From Macrostomum hystrix (lineage: Eukaryota > Animalia > Platyhelminthes): DNA of 64,000 nucleotides. A program made the position numbers and the translations under genes. The notes below the pieces were generated by a model. It did no database searches, was not told where the DNA came from, and saw only the letters and a list, made by a program, of their open reading frames with translations. The stretch covers positions 23,250,001-23,314,000 of the forward strand of contig CATNEN010000038.1 in the NCBI GenBank assembly GCA_950097015.1. The letters are read 5' to 3'. The first letter of the stretch is position 1, and the number at the start of each line of letters is the position of its first letter. Below are positions 12,344-25,500 of the stretch, in pieces.

Positions 12344-13045
12344 CAGGACTCCCAGTGCGCAGCCACAGGCCCAACGCAGCTTCGCTTCGTGGCCCAGCTC
12401 AATGTGAACGGCTGCGCGTTGTTCGTGCACGACACGGGAGCGAGCGACGGTCCGCACTTTGCCGTCGAGCCGGTCATGTGCGTGACGAAGAGGCTTGAAG
12501 CTGATTAAATCACTCTCCGGGCCACTGGCGTGAGATAAGTTCCCAGTAATAAGCTCGCGCAGCTAGGAATATAATAGAGTTCGATTTGAGCTGAAATTGG
12601 AGCTCGCGTCATTTTCCGCAGATCAGAAATTCAATCAGATCCATCGCGTTCTACCGCCCGATGCTGCAGAACCAGAACTTTGATCTCGAAGTGGTGAGAA
12701 AGAATTACTACCTCCCGGCATGTCAGGAGATAGTACTCATCCGCTCGATCAACCTCGCGAACTTTAAGAACGCACAGCTAAGATACACAAAGGTACAGAG
12801 TAAATCGAAAACGACAATATCGCTGCACACACAGAAGACCTAACTAGAAGATAAAAAGCAAAGGATGAAAAGGTGATGGCTTCACAGTACTAGATTTACG
12901 CATGGCTTACAGGCTGTTAGCTAATATAAGTAGAAAACTTGAGCAAAACTACAAATTTGTATTAATGTCAAATCGACACAGCACAGACGAAAATGTCACT
13001 AATAAGCAGACAGATGCCACACAGCTGGTTGGAAACCTGCACCGA
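12344..13045 (+). pseudogene. Internally deleted DNA-level duplicate of the secreted FReD-protein locus at 40170-43690
   Basis: Colinear blocks matching about 40170-40362, 40641-40749 (intron 1 retained), 40815-40930 and 43482-43689. Confidence 0.88.
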
Positions 13046-13583
13046 AATGAGAAAACGATTTCCATTTTGTCTCGCTGAGAATGAATAGACACATAAAGCC
13101 GTGTCACTCTACTCATCAATGAATGAGTAAGTCCTGTGAGTAATGCTTGTGAGACTCACTTGAAACAATGTAATATTTTCATCGATGAATCATATTCGAT
13201 TCCACTTCATTTCGAATTCAACTTCATTTTCAGTAAACCTTTGTTCGAACAAAGTAGTCACCTGATTGAGTTTAGTAGCCTGCAATATTGAATTTATATT
13301 CGTCGCTATATTCTTGAGTTTTTTCTATTTTTTTTCTTTTACGTCAGCGTCTTAATGAAATTTCGAGAATCATCTTTCGGTAGTTAAACTCACCACTAAG
13401 AAGATATGACGATATGATATTTTAATAAATAATTCGTTTATAGTACAAAGTTCTGTTCACCTGTTATCATTGAAATAGTAAAAACTAGCATTAAAAAAAT
13501 AATTTCATTATTCTTATATTGAAAGCTAATAAGAAGGCCAGAAATTATTTCTTATAATATACTTCTTTTGGAAATCCTCTTTG

Positions 13584-16115
13584 ATAATTCATGCTTCCCC
13601 TATATGATTCATGCTTTTGACTCGATAGTTCATGCTTCACCCTCGATAACTCATGCTCTCCTCTCGATAATTCATGCTTCACCCTCGATAATTCATGCTT
13701 CCCGTCGATAATTCATGCTTCACCCTCGATAATTCATGCTTCCCGTCGATAATTCATGCTTCACCCTCGATAATTCATGCTTCACCCTCGATAATTCATG
13801 CTTCCCGTCGATAATTCATGCTTCCCGTCGATAATTCTTGCTTCACCCTCGATAATTCATGCTTCACCCTCGATAATTCATGCTTCACCCTCGATAATTC
13901 ATGCTTCACCCTCGATAATTCATGCTTCACCCTCGATAATTCATGCTTCCCGTCGATAATACATGCTTCACCCTCGATAATTCATGCTTCACCCTCGATA
14001 ATTCATGCTTCCCGTCGATAATTCATGCTTCACCCTCGATAATTCATGCTTCACCCTCGATAATTCATGCTTCCCGTCGATAATTCATGCTTCACCCTCG
14101 ATAATTCATGCTTCCCGTCGACAATTCATGCTTCCCGTCGATAATTCATGCTTCCCGTCGATAATTCATGCTTCAACCTCGATAATTCATGCTTCCCGTC
14201 GATAATTCATGCTTCCCGTCGATAATTCATGCTTCCCGTCGATAATTCATGCTTCCCGTCGATAATTCATGCTTCACCCTCGATAATTCATGCTTCCCGT
14301 CGATAATACATGCTTCCCGTCGATAATACATGCTTCACCCTCGATAATTCATGCTTCCCGTCGATAATTCATGCTTCCCGTCGACAATTCATGCTTCCCG
14401 TCGACAATTCATGCTTCCCGTCGACAATTCATGCTTCCCGTCGATAATTCATGCTTCCCGTCGATAATACATGCTTCCCGTCGATAATTCATGCTTCCCG
14501 TGGATAATTCACGCTTCCCGTGGATAATTCACGATTCCCTCGATAATTCATGCTTCACCCTCGATAATTCATGCTTCACCCTCGATAATTCATGCTTCAC
14601 CCTCGATAATTCACGCTTCACCCTCGATAATTCACGCTTCCCGTGGATAATTCACACTTCCCATCGATAATTCACGCTTCCCGTGGATAATTCACGCTTC
14701 CCGTGGATAATTCACGCTTCCCGTGGATAATTCACAATTCCCATCGATAATTCACGCTTCCCGTGGATAATTCACGCTTCCCGTGGAAAATTCACGATTC
14801 CCTCGATAATTCATGCTTCACCCTCGATAATTCATGCTTCACCCTCGATAATACATGCTTCACCATCGATAATTCACGCTTCACCCTCGATAATTCACGC
14901 TTCCCGTGGATAATTCACGCTTCCCATGGATAATTCACGCTTCCCGTGGATAATTCACGCTTCCCGTGGATAATTCACGCTTCCCGTGGATAATTCACAA
15001 TTCCCATCGATAATTCACGCTTCCCGTGGATAATTCACGATTCCCTCGATAATTCATGCTTCACCCTCGATAATTCATGCTTCACCCTCGATAATTCATG
15101 CTTCACCCTCGATAATTCATGCTTCACCCTCGATAATTCACGCTTCCCGTGGATAATTCACAATTCCCATCGATAATTCACGCTTCCCGTGGATAATTCA
15201 CAATTCCCATCGATAATTCACGCTTCCCGTGGATAATTCACAATTCCCATCGATAATTCATGCTTCACCCTCGATAATACATGCTTCACCATCGATAATT
15301 CACGCTTCACCCTCGATAATTCACGCTTCCCGTGGATAATTCACGCTTCCCGTGGATAATTCACGCTTCCCGTGGATAATTCACGCTTCCCGTGGATAAT
15401 TCACGCTTCCCGTGGATAATTCACGCTTCCCGTGGATAATTCACGCTTCCCGTGGATAATTCACGCTTCCCGTGGATAATTCACGCTTCCCGTGGATAAT
15501 TCACGCTTCCCGTGGATAATTCACGCTTCCTATCGAAAATTATGTTTCCCGTGGATAATTCATGCTTCCCATCGATAATTCACGCTTCCCATCGAAAATT
15601 ATGTTTTCCGTGGATAATTCATGCTTCCCGTGGATAATTCACGCTTCCCGTGGATAATTCATGCTTCCCGTGGATAATTCACGCTTCCCGTGGATAATTC
15701 ACGCTTCCCATCGAAAATTATGTTTTCCGTGGATAATTCATGGTTCCCGTGGATAATTCACGCTTCCCGTGGATAATTCACGCTTCCCGTGGATAATTCA
15801 CGCTTCCCGTGGATAATTCATGCTTCCCGTGGATAATTCACGCTTCCCGTGGATAATTCATGCTTCCCGTGGATAATTCACGCTTCCCGTGGATAATTCA
15901 CGCTTCCCGTGGATAATTCATGCTTCCCATCGAAAATTATGTTTCCCGTGGATAATTCATGTTTAACCCTCGATAATTCATGCTTCTCATCTCAAGAATA
16001 CATGCAACACATTTGATGATTTGTACTACAAATCGATAAATGATTTTCCCACTCAATAATTCATACTTCCCCTCGATGAATTATACTTTTCACTTGATAA
16101 TTCATGCTTCCCCTT
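13584..16115. repeat. 20/21-bp minisatellite (GATAATTCAYGCTTC[A]CC[C/G]T[C/G])n
   Basis: Visible array, homogeneous at 13650-15960, with degenerate edges and degenerate relatives at 11500-11800, 12150-12220, 29150-29500 and 32175-32500. Confidence 0.96.
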
Positions 16116-16560
16116 AAATAAATGCTTCTGTCCTCTTGCTATACCCCGAAAAAATTGCTATAACCAACAGTAATATGTTCTCCCTTTGAAGATCGCTTTA
16201 AGATATTATCTAGATATCTAATGCTTTCACCCCGAATTTTATGCCATGTACTTGACATTTCATGCATGCCATCTATTTGATATCTGGCGCAATATTGTTT
16301 ACTTTGATGTTTTGCTTCGAAATATTAAGCTTTACAAATATACTCGTAGAAAATGTCGTAATGCTAGCTAATGCAAATGGTAATGCTAGCTGCCCTGCTC
16401 AAAAAACGTTAAATTTTTTATATAATAACGTTATCAACCTTGATTTAAAAAACGCTTTTAGCTATGCTCAATATACTTATTCTAGCTAATTTCTGTTCTG
16501 AGTCTGATAATGCTTGCAGCAATGCTCGAAAAAAAATTATTTAGTTTGGAATGTTAAAAA

Positions 16561-19500
16561 AATGCCTGCAACTAGGTATGCCCGAACAGTCTTCATTTAG
16601 TTTTGAATCCAATCGAATAATGCTTGCAACTAGGTATGCCCGAACAGTCTTCATTTAGTTTTGAATCCAATCGAATAATGCTTGCAACTAGGTATGCCCG
16701 AACAGTCTTCATTTAGTTTTGAATCCAATCGAATAATGCCTGCAACTAGGTATGCCCGAACAGTCTTCATTTAGTTTTGAATCCAATCGAATAATGCTTG
16801 CAACTAGGTATGCCCGAACAGTCTTCATTTAGTTTTGAATCCAATCGAATAATGCCTGCAACTAGGTATGCCCGAACAGTCTTCATTTAGTTTTGAATCC
16901 AATCGAATAATGCTTGCAACTAGGTATGCCCGAACAGTCTTCATTTAGTTTTGAATCCAATCGAATAATGCTTGCAACTAGGTATGCCCGAACAGTCTTC
17001 ATTTAGTTTTGAATCCAATCGAATAATGCCTGCAACTAGGTATGCCCGAACAGTCTTCATTTAGTTTTGAATCCAATCGAATAATGCCTGCAACTAGGTA
17101 TGCCCGAACAGTCTTCATTTAGTTTTGAATCCAATCGAATAATGCTTGCAACTAGGTATGCCCGAACAGTCTTCATTTAGTTTTGAATCCAATCGAATAA
17201 TGCTTGCAACTAGGTATGCCCGAACAGTCTTCATTTAGTTTTGAATCCAATCGAATAATGCTTGCAACTAGGTATGCCCGAACAGTCTTCATTTAGTTTT
17301 GAATCCAATCGAATAATGCTTGCAACTAGGTATGCCCGAACAGTCTTCATTTAGTTTTGAATCCAATCGAATAATGCCTGCAACTAGGTATGCCCGAACA
17401 GTCTTCATTTAGTTTTGAATCCAATCGAATAATGCCTGCAACTAGGTATGCCCGAACAGTCTTCATTTAGTTTTGAATCCAATCGAATAATGCTTGCAAC
17501 TAGGTATGCCCGAACAGTCTTCATTTAGTTTTGAATCCAATCGAATAATGCCTGCAACTAGGTATGCCCGAACAGTCTTCATTTAGTTTTGAATCCAATC
17601 GAATAATGCCTGCAACTAGGTATGCCCGAACAGTCTTCATTTAGTTTTGAATCCAATCGAATAATGCTTGCAACTAGGTATGCCCGAACAGTCTTCATTT
17701 AGTTTTGAATCCAATCGAATAATGCCTGCAACTAGGTATGCCCGAACAGTCTTCATTTAGTTTTGAATCCAATCGAATAATGCCTGCAACTAGGTATGCC
17801 CGAACAGTCTTCATTTAGTTTTGAATCCAATCGAATAATGCTTGCAACTAGGTATGCCCGAACAGTCTTCATTTAGTTTTGAATCCAATCGAATAATGCC
17901 TGCAACTAGGTATGCCCGAACAGTCTTCATTTAGTTTTGAATCCAATCGAATAATGCTTGCAACTAGGTATGCCCGAACAGTCTTCATTTAGTTTTGAAT
18001 CCAATCGAATAATGCTTGCAACTAGGTATGCCCGAACAGTCTTCATTTTGTTTTGAATCCAATCGAATAATGCTTGCAACTAGGTATGCCCGAACAGTCT
18101 TCATTTAGTTTTGAATCCAATCGAATAATGCCTGCAACTAGGTATGCCCGAACAGTCTTCATTTAGTTTTGAATCCAATCGAATAATGCCTGCAACTAGG
18201 TATGCCCGAACAGTCTTCATTTAGTTTTGAATCCAATCGAATAATGCTTGCAACTAGGTATGCCCGAACAGTCTTCATTTAGTTTTGAATCCAATCGAAT
18301 AATGCTTGCAACTAGGTATGCCCGAACAGTCTTCATTTAGTTTTGAATCCAATCGAATAATGCCTGCAACTAGGTATGCCCGAACAGTCTTCATTTAGTT
18401 TTGAATCCAATCGAATAATGCCTGCAACTAGGTATGCCCGAACAGTCTTCATTTAGTTTTGAATCCAATCGAATAATGCTTGCAACTAGGTATGCCCGAA
18501 CAGTCTTCATTTAGTTTTGAATCCAATCGAATAATGCTTGCAACTAGGTATGCCCGAACAGTCTTCATTTAGTTTTGAATCCAATCGAATAATGCTTGCA
18601 ACTAGGTATGCCCGAACAGTCTTCATTTAGTTTTGAATCCAATCGAATAATGCTTGCAACTAGGTATGCCCGAACAGTCTTCATTTAGTTTTGAATCCAA
18701 TCGAATAATGCTTGCAACTAGGTATGCCCGAACAGTCTTCATTTAGTTTTGAATCCAATCGAATAATGCCTGCAACTAGGTATGCCCGAACAGTCTTCAT
18801 TTAGTTTTGAATCCAATCGAATAATGCCTGCAACTAGGTATGCCCGAACAGTCTTCATTTAGTTTTGAATCCAATCGAATAATGCTTGCAACTAGGTATG
18901 CCCGAACAGTCTTCATTTAGTTTTGAATCCAATCGAATAATGCTTGCAACTAGGTATGCCCGAACAGTCTTCATTTAGTTTTGAATCCAATCGAATAATG
19001 CTTGCAACTAGGTATGCCCGAACAGTCTTCATTTAGTTTTGAATCCAATCGAATAATGCTTGCAACTAGGTATGCCCGAACAGTCTTCATTTAGTTTTGA
19101 ATCCAATCGAATAATGCCTGCAACTAGGTATGCCCGAACAGTCTTCATTTAGTTTTGAATCCAATCGAATAATGCCTGCAACTAGGTATGCCCGAACAGT
19201 CTTCATTTAGTTTTGAATCCAATCGAATAATGCTTGCAACTAGGTATGCCCGAACAGTCTTCATTTAGTTTTGAATCCAATCGAATAATGCCTGCAACTA
19301 GGTATGCCCGAACAGTCTTCATTTAGTTTTGAATCCAATCGAATAATGCTTGCAACTAGGTATGCCCGAACAGTCTTCATTTAGTTTTGAATCCAATCGA
19401 ATAATGCTTGCAACTAGGTATGCCCGAACAGTCTTCATTTAGTTTTGAATCCAATCGAATAATGCTTGCAACTAGGTATGCCCGAACAGTCTTCATTTAG

Positions 19501-22500
19501 TTTTGAATCCAATCGAATAATGCCTGCAACTAGGTATGCCCGAACAGTCTTCATTTAGTTTTGAATCCAATCGAATAATGCCTGCAACTAGGTATGCCCG
19601 AACAGTCTTCATTTAGTTTTGAATCCAATCGAATAATGCTTGCAACTAGGTATGCCCGAACAGTCTTCATTTAGTTTTGAATCCAATCGAATAATGCCTG
19701 CAACTAGGTATGCCCGAACAGTCTTCATTTAGTTTTGAATCCAATCGAATAATGCCTGCAACTAGGTATGCCCGAACAGTCTTCATTTAGTTTTGAATCC
19801 AATCGAATAATGCCTGCAACTAGGTATGCCCGAACAGTCTTCATTTAGTTTTGAATCCAATCGAATAATGCTTGCAACTAGGTATGCCCGAACAGTCTTC
19901 ATTTAGTTTTGAATCCAATCGAATAATGCTTGCAACTAGGTATGCCCGAACAGTCTTCATTTAGTTTTGAATCCAATCGAATAATGCTTGCAACTAGGTA
20001 TGCCCGAACAGTCTTCATTTAGTTTTGAATCCAATCGAATAATGCCTGCAACTAGGTATGCCCGAACAGTCTTCATTTAGTTTTGAATCCAATCGAATAA
20101 ATCCTGCAACTAGGTATGCCCGAACAGTCTTCATTTAGTTTTGAATCCAATCGAATAATGCTTGCAACTAGGTATGCCCGAACAGTCTTCATTTAGTTTT
20201 GAATCCAATCGAATAATGCCTGCAACTAGGTATGCCCGAACAGTCTTCATTTAGTTTTGAATCCAATCGAATAATGCTTGCAACTAGGTATGCCCGAACA
20301 GTCTTCATTTAGTTTTGAATCCAATCGAATAATGCTTGCAACTAGGTATGCCCGAACAGTCTTCATTTAGTTTTGAATCCAATCGAATAATGCTTGCAAC
20401 TAGGTATGCCCGAACAGTCTTCATTTAGTTTTGAATCCAATCGAATAATGCCTGCAACTAGGTATGCCCGAACAGTCTTCATTTAGTTTTGAATCCAATC
20501 GAATAATGCTTGCAACTAGGTATGCCCGAACAGTCTTCATTTAGTTTTGAATCCAATCGAATAATGCTTGCAACTAGGTATGCCCGAACAGTCTTCATTT
20601 AGTTTTGAATCCAATCGAATAATGCTTGCAACTAGGTATGCCCGAACAGTCTTCATTTAGTTTTGAATCCAATCGAATAATGCTTGCAACTAGGTATGCC
20701 CGAACAGTCTTCATTTAGTTTTGAATCCAATCGAATAATGCCTGCAACTAGGTATGCCCGAACAGTCTTCATTTAGTTTTGAATCCAATCGAATAATGCC
20801 TGCAACTAGGTATGCCCGAACAGTCTTCATTTCGTTTTGAATCCAATCGAATAATGCTTGCAACTAGGTATGCCCGAACAGTCTTCATTTAGTTTTGAAT
20901 CCAATCGAATAATGCTTGCAACTAGGTATGCCCGAACAGTCTTCATTTAGTTTTGAATCCAATCGAATAATGCTTGCAACTAGGTATGCCCGAACAGTCT
21001 TCATTTAGTTTTGCATCCAATCGAATAATGCCTGCAACTAGGTATGCCCGAACAGTCTTCATTTAGTTTTGAATCCAATCGAATAATGCTTGCAACTAGG
21101 TTTGCTCGAACAGTCTTCATTTAGTTTTGAATCCAATCGAATAATGCTTGCAACTAGGTATGCCCGAACAGTCTTCATTTAGTTTTGAATCCAATCGAAT
21201 AATGCTTGCAACTAGGTATGCCCGAACAGTCTTCATTTAGTTTTGAATCCAATCGAATAATGCCTGCAACTAGGTATGCCCGAACAGTCTTCATTTAGTT
21301 TTGAATCCAATCGAATAATGCTTGCAACTAGGTATGCCCGAACAGTCTTCATTTAGTTTTGAATCCAATCGAATAATGCCTGCAACTAGGTATGCCCGAA
21401 CAGTCTTCATTTAGTTTTGAATCCAATCGAATAATGCCTGCAACTAGGTATGCCCGAACAGTCTTCATTTAGTTTTGAATCCAATCGAATAATGCTTGCA
21501 ACTAGGTATGCCCGAACAGTCTTCATTTAGTTTTGAATCCAATCGAATAATGCCTGCAACTAGGTATGCCCGAACAGTCTTCATTTAGTTTTGAATCCAA
21601 TCGAATAATGCTTGCAACTAGGTATGCCCGAACAGTCTTCATTTAGTTTTGAATCCAATCGAATAATGCTTGCAACTAGGTATGCCCGAACAGTCTTCAT
21701 TTAGTTTTGAATCCAATCGAATAATGCTTGCAACTAGGTATGCCCGAACAGTCTTCATTTAGTTTTGAATCCAATCGAATAATGCTTGCAACTAGGTATG
21801 CCCGAACAGTCTTCATTTAGTTTTGAATCCAATCGAATAATGCCTGCAACTAGGTATGCCCGAACAGTCTTCATTTAGTTTTGAATCCAATCGAATAATG
21901 CCTGCAACTAGGTATGCCCGAACAGTCTTCATTTAGTTTTGAATCCAATCGAATAATGCTTGCAACTAGGTATGCCCGAACAGTCTTCATTTAGTTTTGA
22001 ATCCAATCGAATAATGCCTGCAACTAGGTATGCCCGAACAGTCTTCATTTAGTTTTGAATCCAATCGAATAATGCCTGCAACTAGGTATGCCCGAACAGT
22101 CTTCATTTAGTTTTGAATCCAATCGAATAATGCTTGCAACTAGGTATGCCCGAACAGTCTTCATTTAGTTTTGAATCCAATCGAATAATGCTTGCAACTA
22201 GGTATGCCCGAACAGTCTTCATTTAGTTTTGAATCCAATCGAATAATGCTTGCAACTAGGTATGCCCGAACAGTCTTCATTTAGTTTTGAATCCAATCGA
22301 ATAATGCTTGCAACTAGGTATGCCCGAACAGTCTTCATTTAGTTTTGAATCCAATCGAATAATGCTTGCAACTAGGTATGCCCGAACAGTCTTCATTTAG
22401 TTTTGAATCCAATCGAATAATGCCTGCAACTAGGTATGCCCGAACAGTCTTCATTTAGTTTTGAATCCAATCGAATAATGCCTGCAACTAGGTATGCCCG

Positions 22501-25500
22501 AACAGTCTTCATTTAGTTTTGAATCCAATCGAATAATGCTTGCAACTAGGTATGCCCGAACAGTCTTCATTTAGTTTTGAATCCAATCGAATAATGCCTG
22601 CAACTAGGTATGCCCGAACAGTCTTCATTTAGTTTTGAATCCAATCGAATAATGCCTGCAACTAGGTATGCCCGAACAGTCTTCATTTAGTTTTGCATCC
22701 AATCGAATAATGCCTGCAACTAGGTATGCCCGAACAGTCTTCATTTAGTTTTGAATCCAATCGAATAATGCTTGCAACTAGGTATGCCCGAACAGTCTTC
22801 ATTTAGTTTTGAATCCAATCGAATAATCCTTGCAACTAGGTATGCCCGAACAGTCTTCATTTAGTTTTGAATCCAATCGAATAATGCTTGCAACTAGGTA
22901 TGCCCGAACAGTCTTCATTTAGTTTTGAATCCAATCGAATAATGCCTGCAACTAGGTATGCCCGAACAGTCTTCATTTAGTTTTGAATCCAATCGAATAA
23001 ATCCTGCAACTAGGTATGCCCGAACAGTCTTCATTTAGTTTTGAATCCAATCGAATAATGCTTGCAACTAGGTATGCCCGAACAGTCTTCATTTAGTTTT
23101 GAATCCAATCGAATAATGCCTGCAACTAGGTATGCCCGAACAGTCTTCATTTAGTTTTGAATCCAATCGAATAATGCTTGCAACTAGGTATGCCCGAACA
23201 GTCTTCATTTAGTTTTGAATCCAATCGAATAATGCTTGCAACTAGGTATGCCCGAACAGTCTTCATTTAGTTTTGAATCCAATCGAATAATGCTTGCAAC
23301 TAGGTATGCCCGAACAGTCTTCATTTAGTTTTGAATCCAATCGAATAATGCCTGCAACTAGGTATGCCCGAACAGTCTTCATTTAGTTTTGAATCCAATC
23401 GAATAATGCTTGCAACTAGGTATGCCCGAACAGTCTTCATTTAGTTTTGAATCCAATCGAATAATGCTTGCAACTAGGTATGCCCGAACAGTCTTCATTT
23501 AGTTTTGAATCCAATCGAATAATGCTTGCAACTAGGTATGCCCGAACAGTCTTCATTTAGTTTTGAATCCAATCGAATAATGCTTGCAACTAGGTATGCC
23601 CGAACAGTCTTCATTTAGTTTTGAATCCAATCGAATAATGCCTGCAACTAGGTATGCCCGAACAGTCTTCATTTAGTTTTGAATCCAATCGAATAATGCC
23701 TGCAACTAGGTATGCCCGAACAGTCTTCATTTAGTTTTGAATCCAATCGAATAATGCTTGCAACTAGGTATGCCCGAACAGTCTTCATTTAGTTTTGAAT
23801 CCAATCGAATAATGCTTGCAACTAGGTATGCCCGAACAGTCTTCATTTAGTTTTGAATCCAATCGAATAATGCTTGCAACTAGGTATGCCCGAACAGTCT
23901 TCATTTAGTTTTGCATCCAATCGAATAATGCCTGCAACTAGGTATGCCCGAACAGTCTTCATTTAGTTTTGAATCCAATCGAATAATGCTTGCAACTAGG
24001 TATGCCCGAACAGTCTTCATTTAGTTTTGAATCCAATCGAATAATGCTTGCAACTAGGTATGCCCGAACAGTCTTCATTTAGTTTTGAATCCAATCGAAT
24101 AATGCTTGCAACTAGGTATGCCCGAACAGTCTTCATTTAGTTTTGAATCCAATCGAATAATGCCTGCAACTAGGTATGCCCGAACAGTCTTCATTTAGTT
24201 TTGAATCCAATCGAATAATGCTTGCAACTAGGTATGCCCGAACAGTCTTCATTTAGTTTTGAATCCAATCGAATAATGCCTGCAACTAGGTATGCCCGAA
24301 CAGTCTTCATTTAGTTTTGAATCCAATCGAATAATGCCTGCAACTAGGTATGCCCGAACAGTCTTCATTTAGTTTTGAATCCAATCGAATAATGCTTGCA
24401 ACTAGGTATGCCCGAACAGTCTTCATTTAGTTTTGAATCCAATCGAATAATGCCTGCAACTAGGTATGCCCGAACAGTCTTCATTTAGTTTTGAATCCAA
24501 TCGAATAATGCTTGCAACTAGGTATGCCCGAACAGTCTTCATTTAGTTTTGAATCCAATCGAATAATGCCTGCAACTAGGTATGCCCGAACAGTCTTCAT
24601 TTAGTTTTGAATCCAATCGAATAATGCTTGCAACTAGGTATGCCCGAACAGTCTTCATTTAGTTTTGAATCCAATCGAATAATGCTTGCAACTAGGTATG
24701 CCCGAACAGTCTTCATTTTGTTTTGAATCCAATCGAATAATGCTTGCAACTAGGTATGCCCGAACAGTCTTCATTTAGTTTTGAATCCAATCGAATAATG
24801 CTTGCAACTAGGTATGCCCGAACAGTCTTCATTTAGTTTTGAATCCAATCGAATAATGCCTGCAACTAGGTATGCCCGAACAGTCTTCATTTAGTTTTGA
24901 ATCCAATCGAATAATGCCTGCAACTAGGTATGCCCGAACAGTCTTCATTTAGTTTTGAATCCAATCGAATAATGCTTGCAACTAGGTATGCCCGAACAGT
25001 CTTCATTTAGTTTTGAATCCAATCGAATAATGCCTGCAACTAGGTATGCCCGAACAGTCTTCATTTAGTTTTGAATCCAATCGAATAATGCCTGCAACTA
25101 GGTATGCCCGAACAGTCTTCATTTAGTTTTGAATCCAATCGAATAATGCCTGCAACTAGGTATGCCCGAACAGTCTTCATTTAGTTTTGAATCCAATCGA
25201 ATAATGCTTGCAACTAGGTATGCCCGAACAGTCTTCATTTAGTTTTGAATCCAATCGAATAATGCTTGCAACTAGGAATGCCCGAACAGTCTTCATTTAG
25301 TTTTGAATCCAATCGAATAATGCTTGCAACTAGGTATGCCCGAACAGTCTTCATTTAGTTTTGAATCCAATCGAATAATGCCTGCAACTAGGTATGCCCG
25401 AACAGTCTTCATTTAGTTTTGAATCCAATCGAATAAATCCTGCAACTAGGTATGCCCGAACAGTCTTCATTTAGTTTTGAATCCAATCGAATAATGCTTG

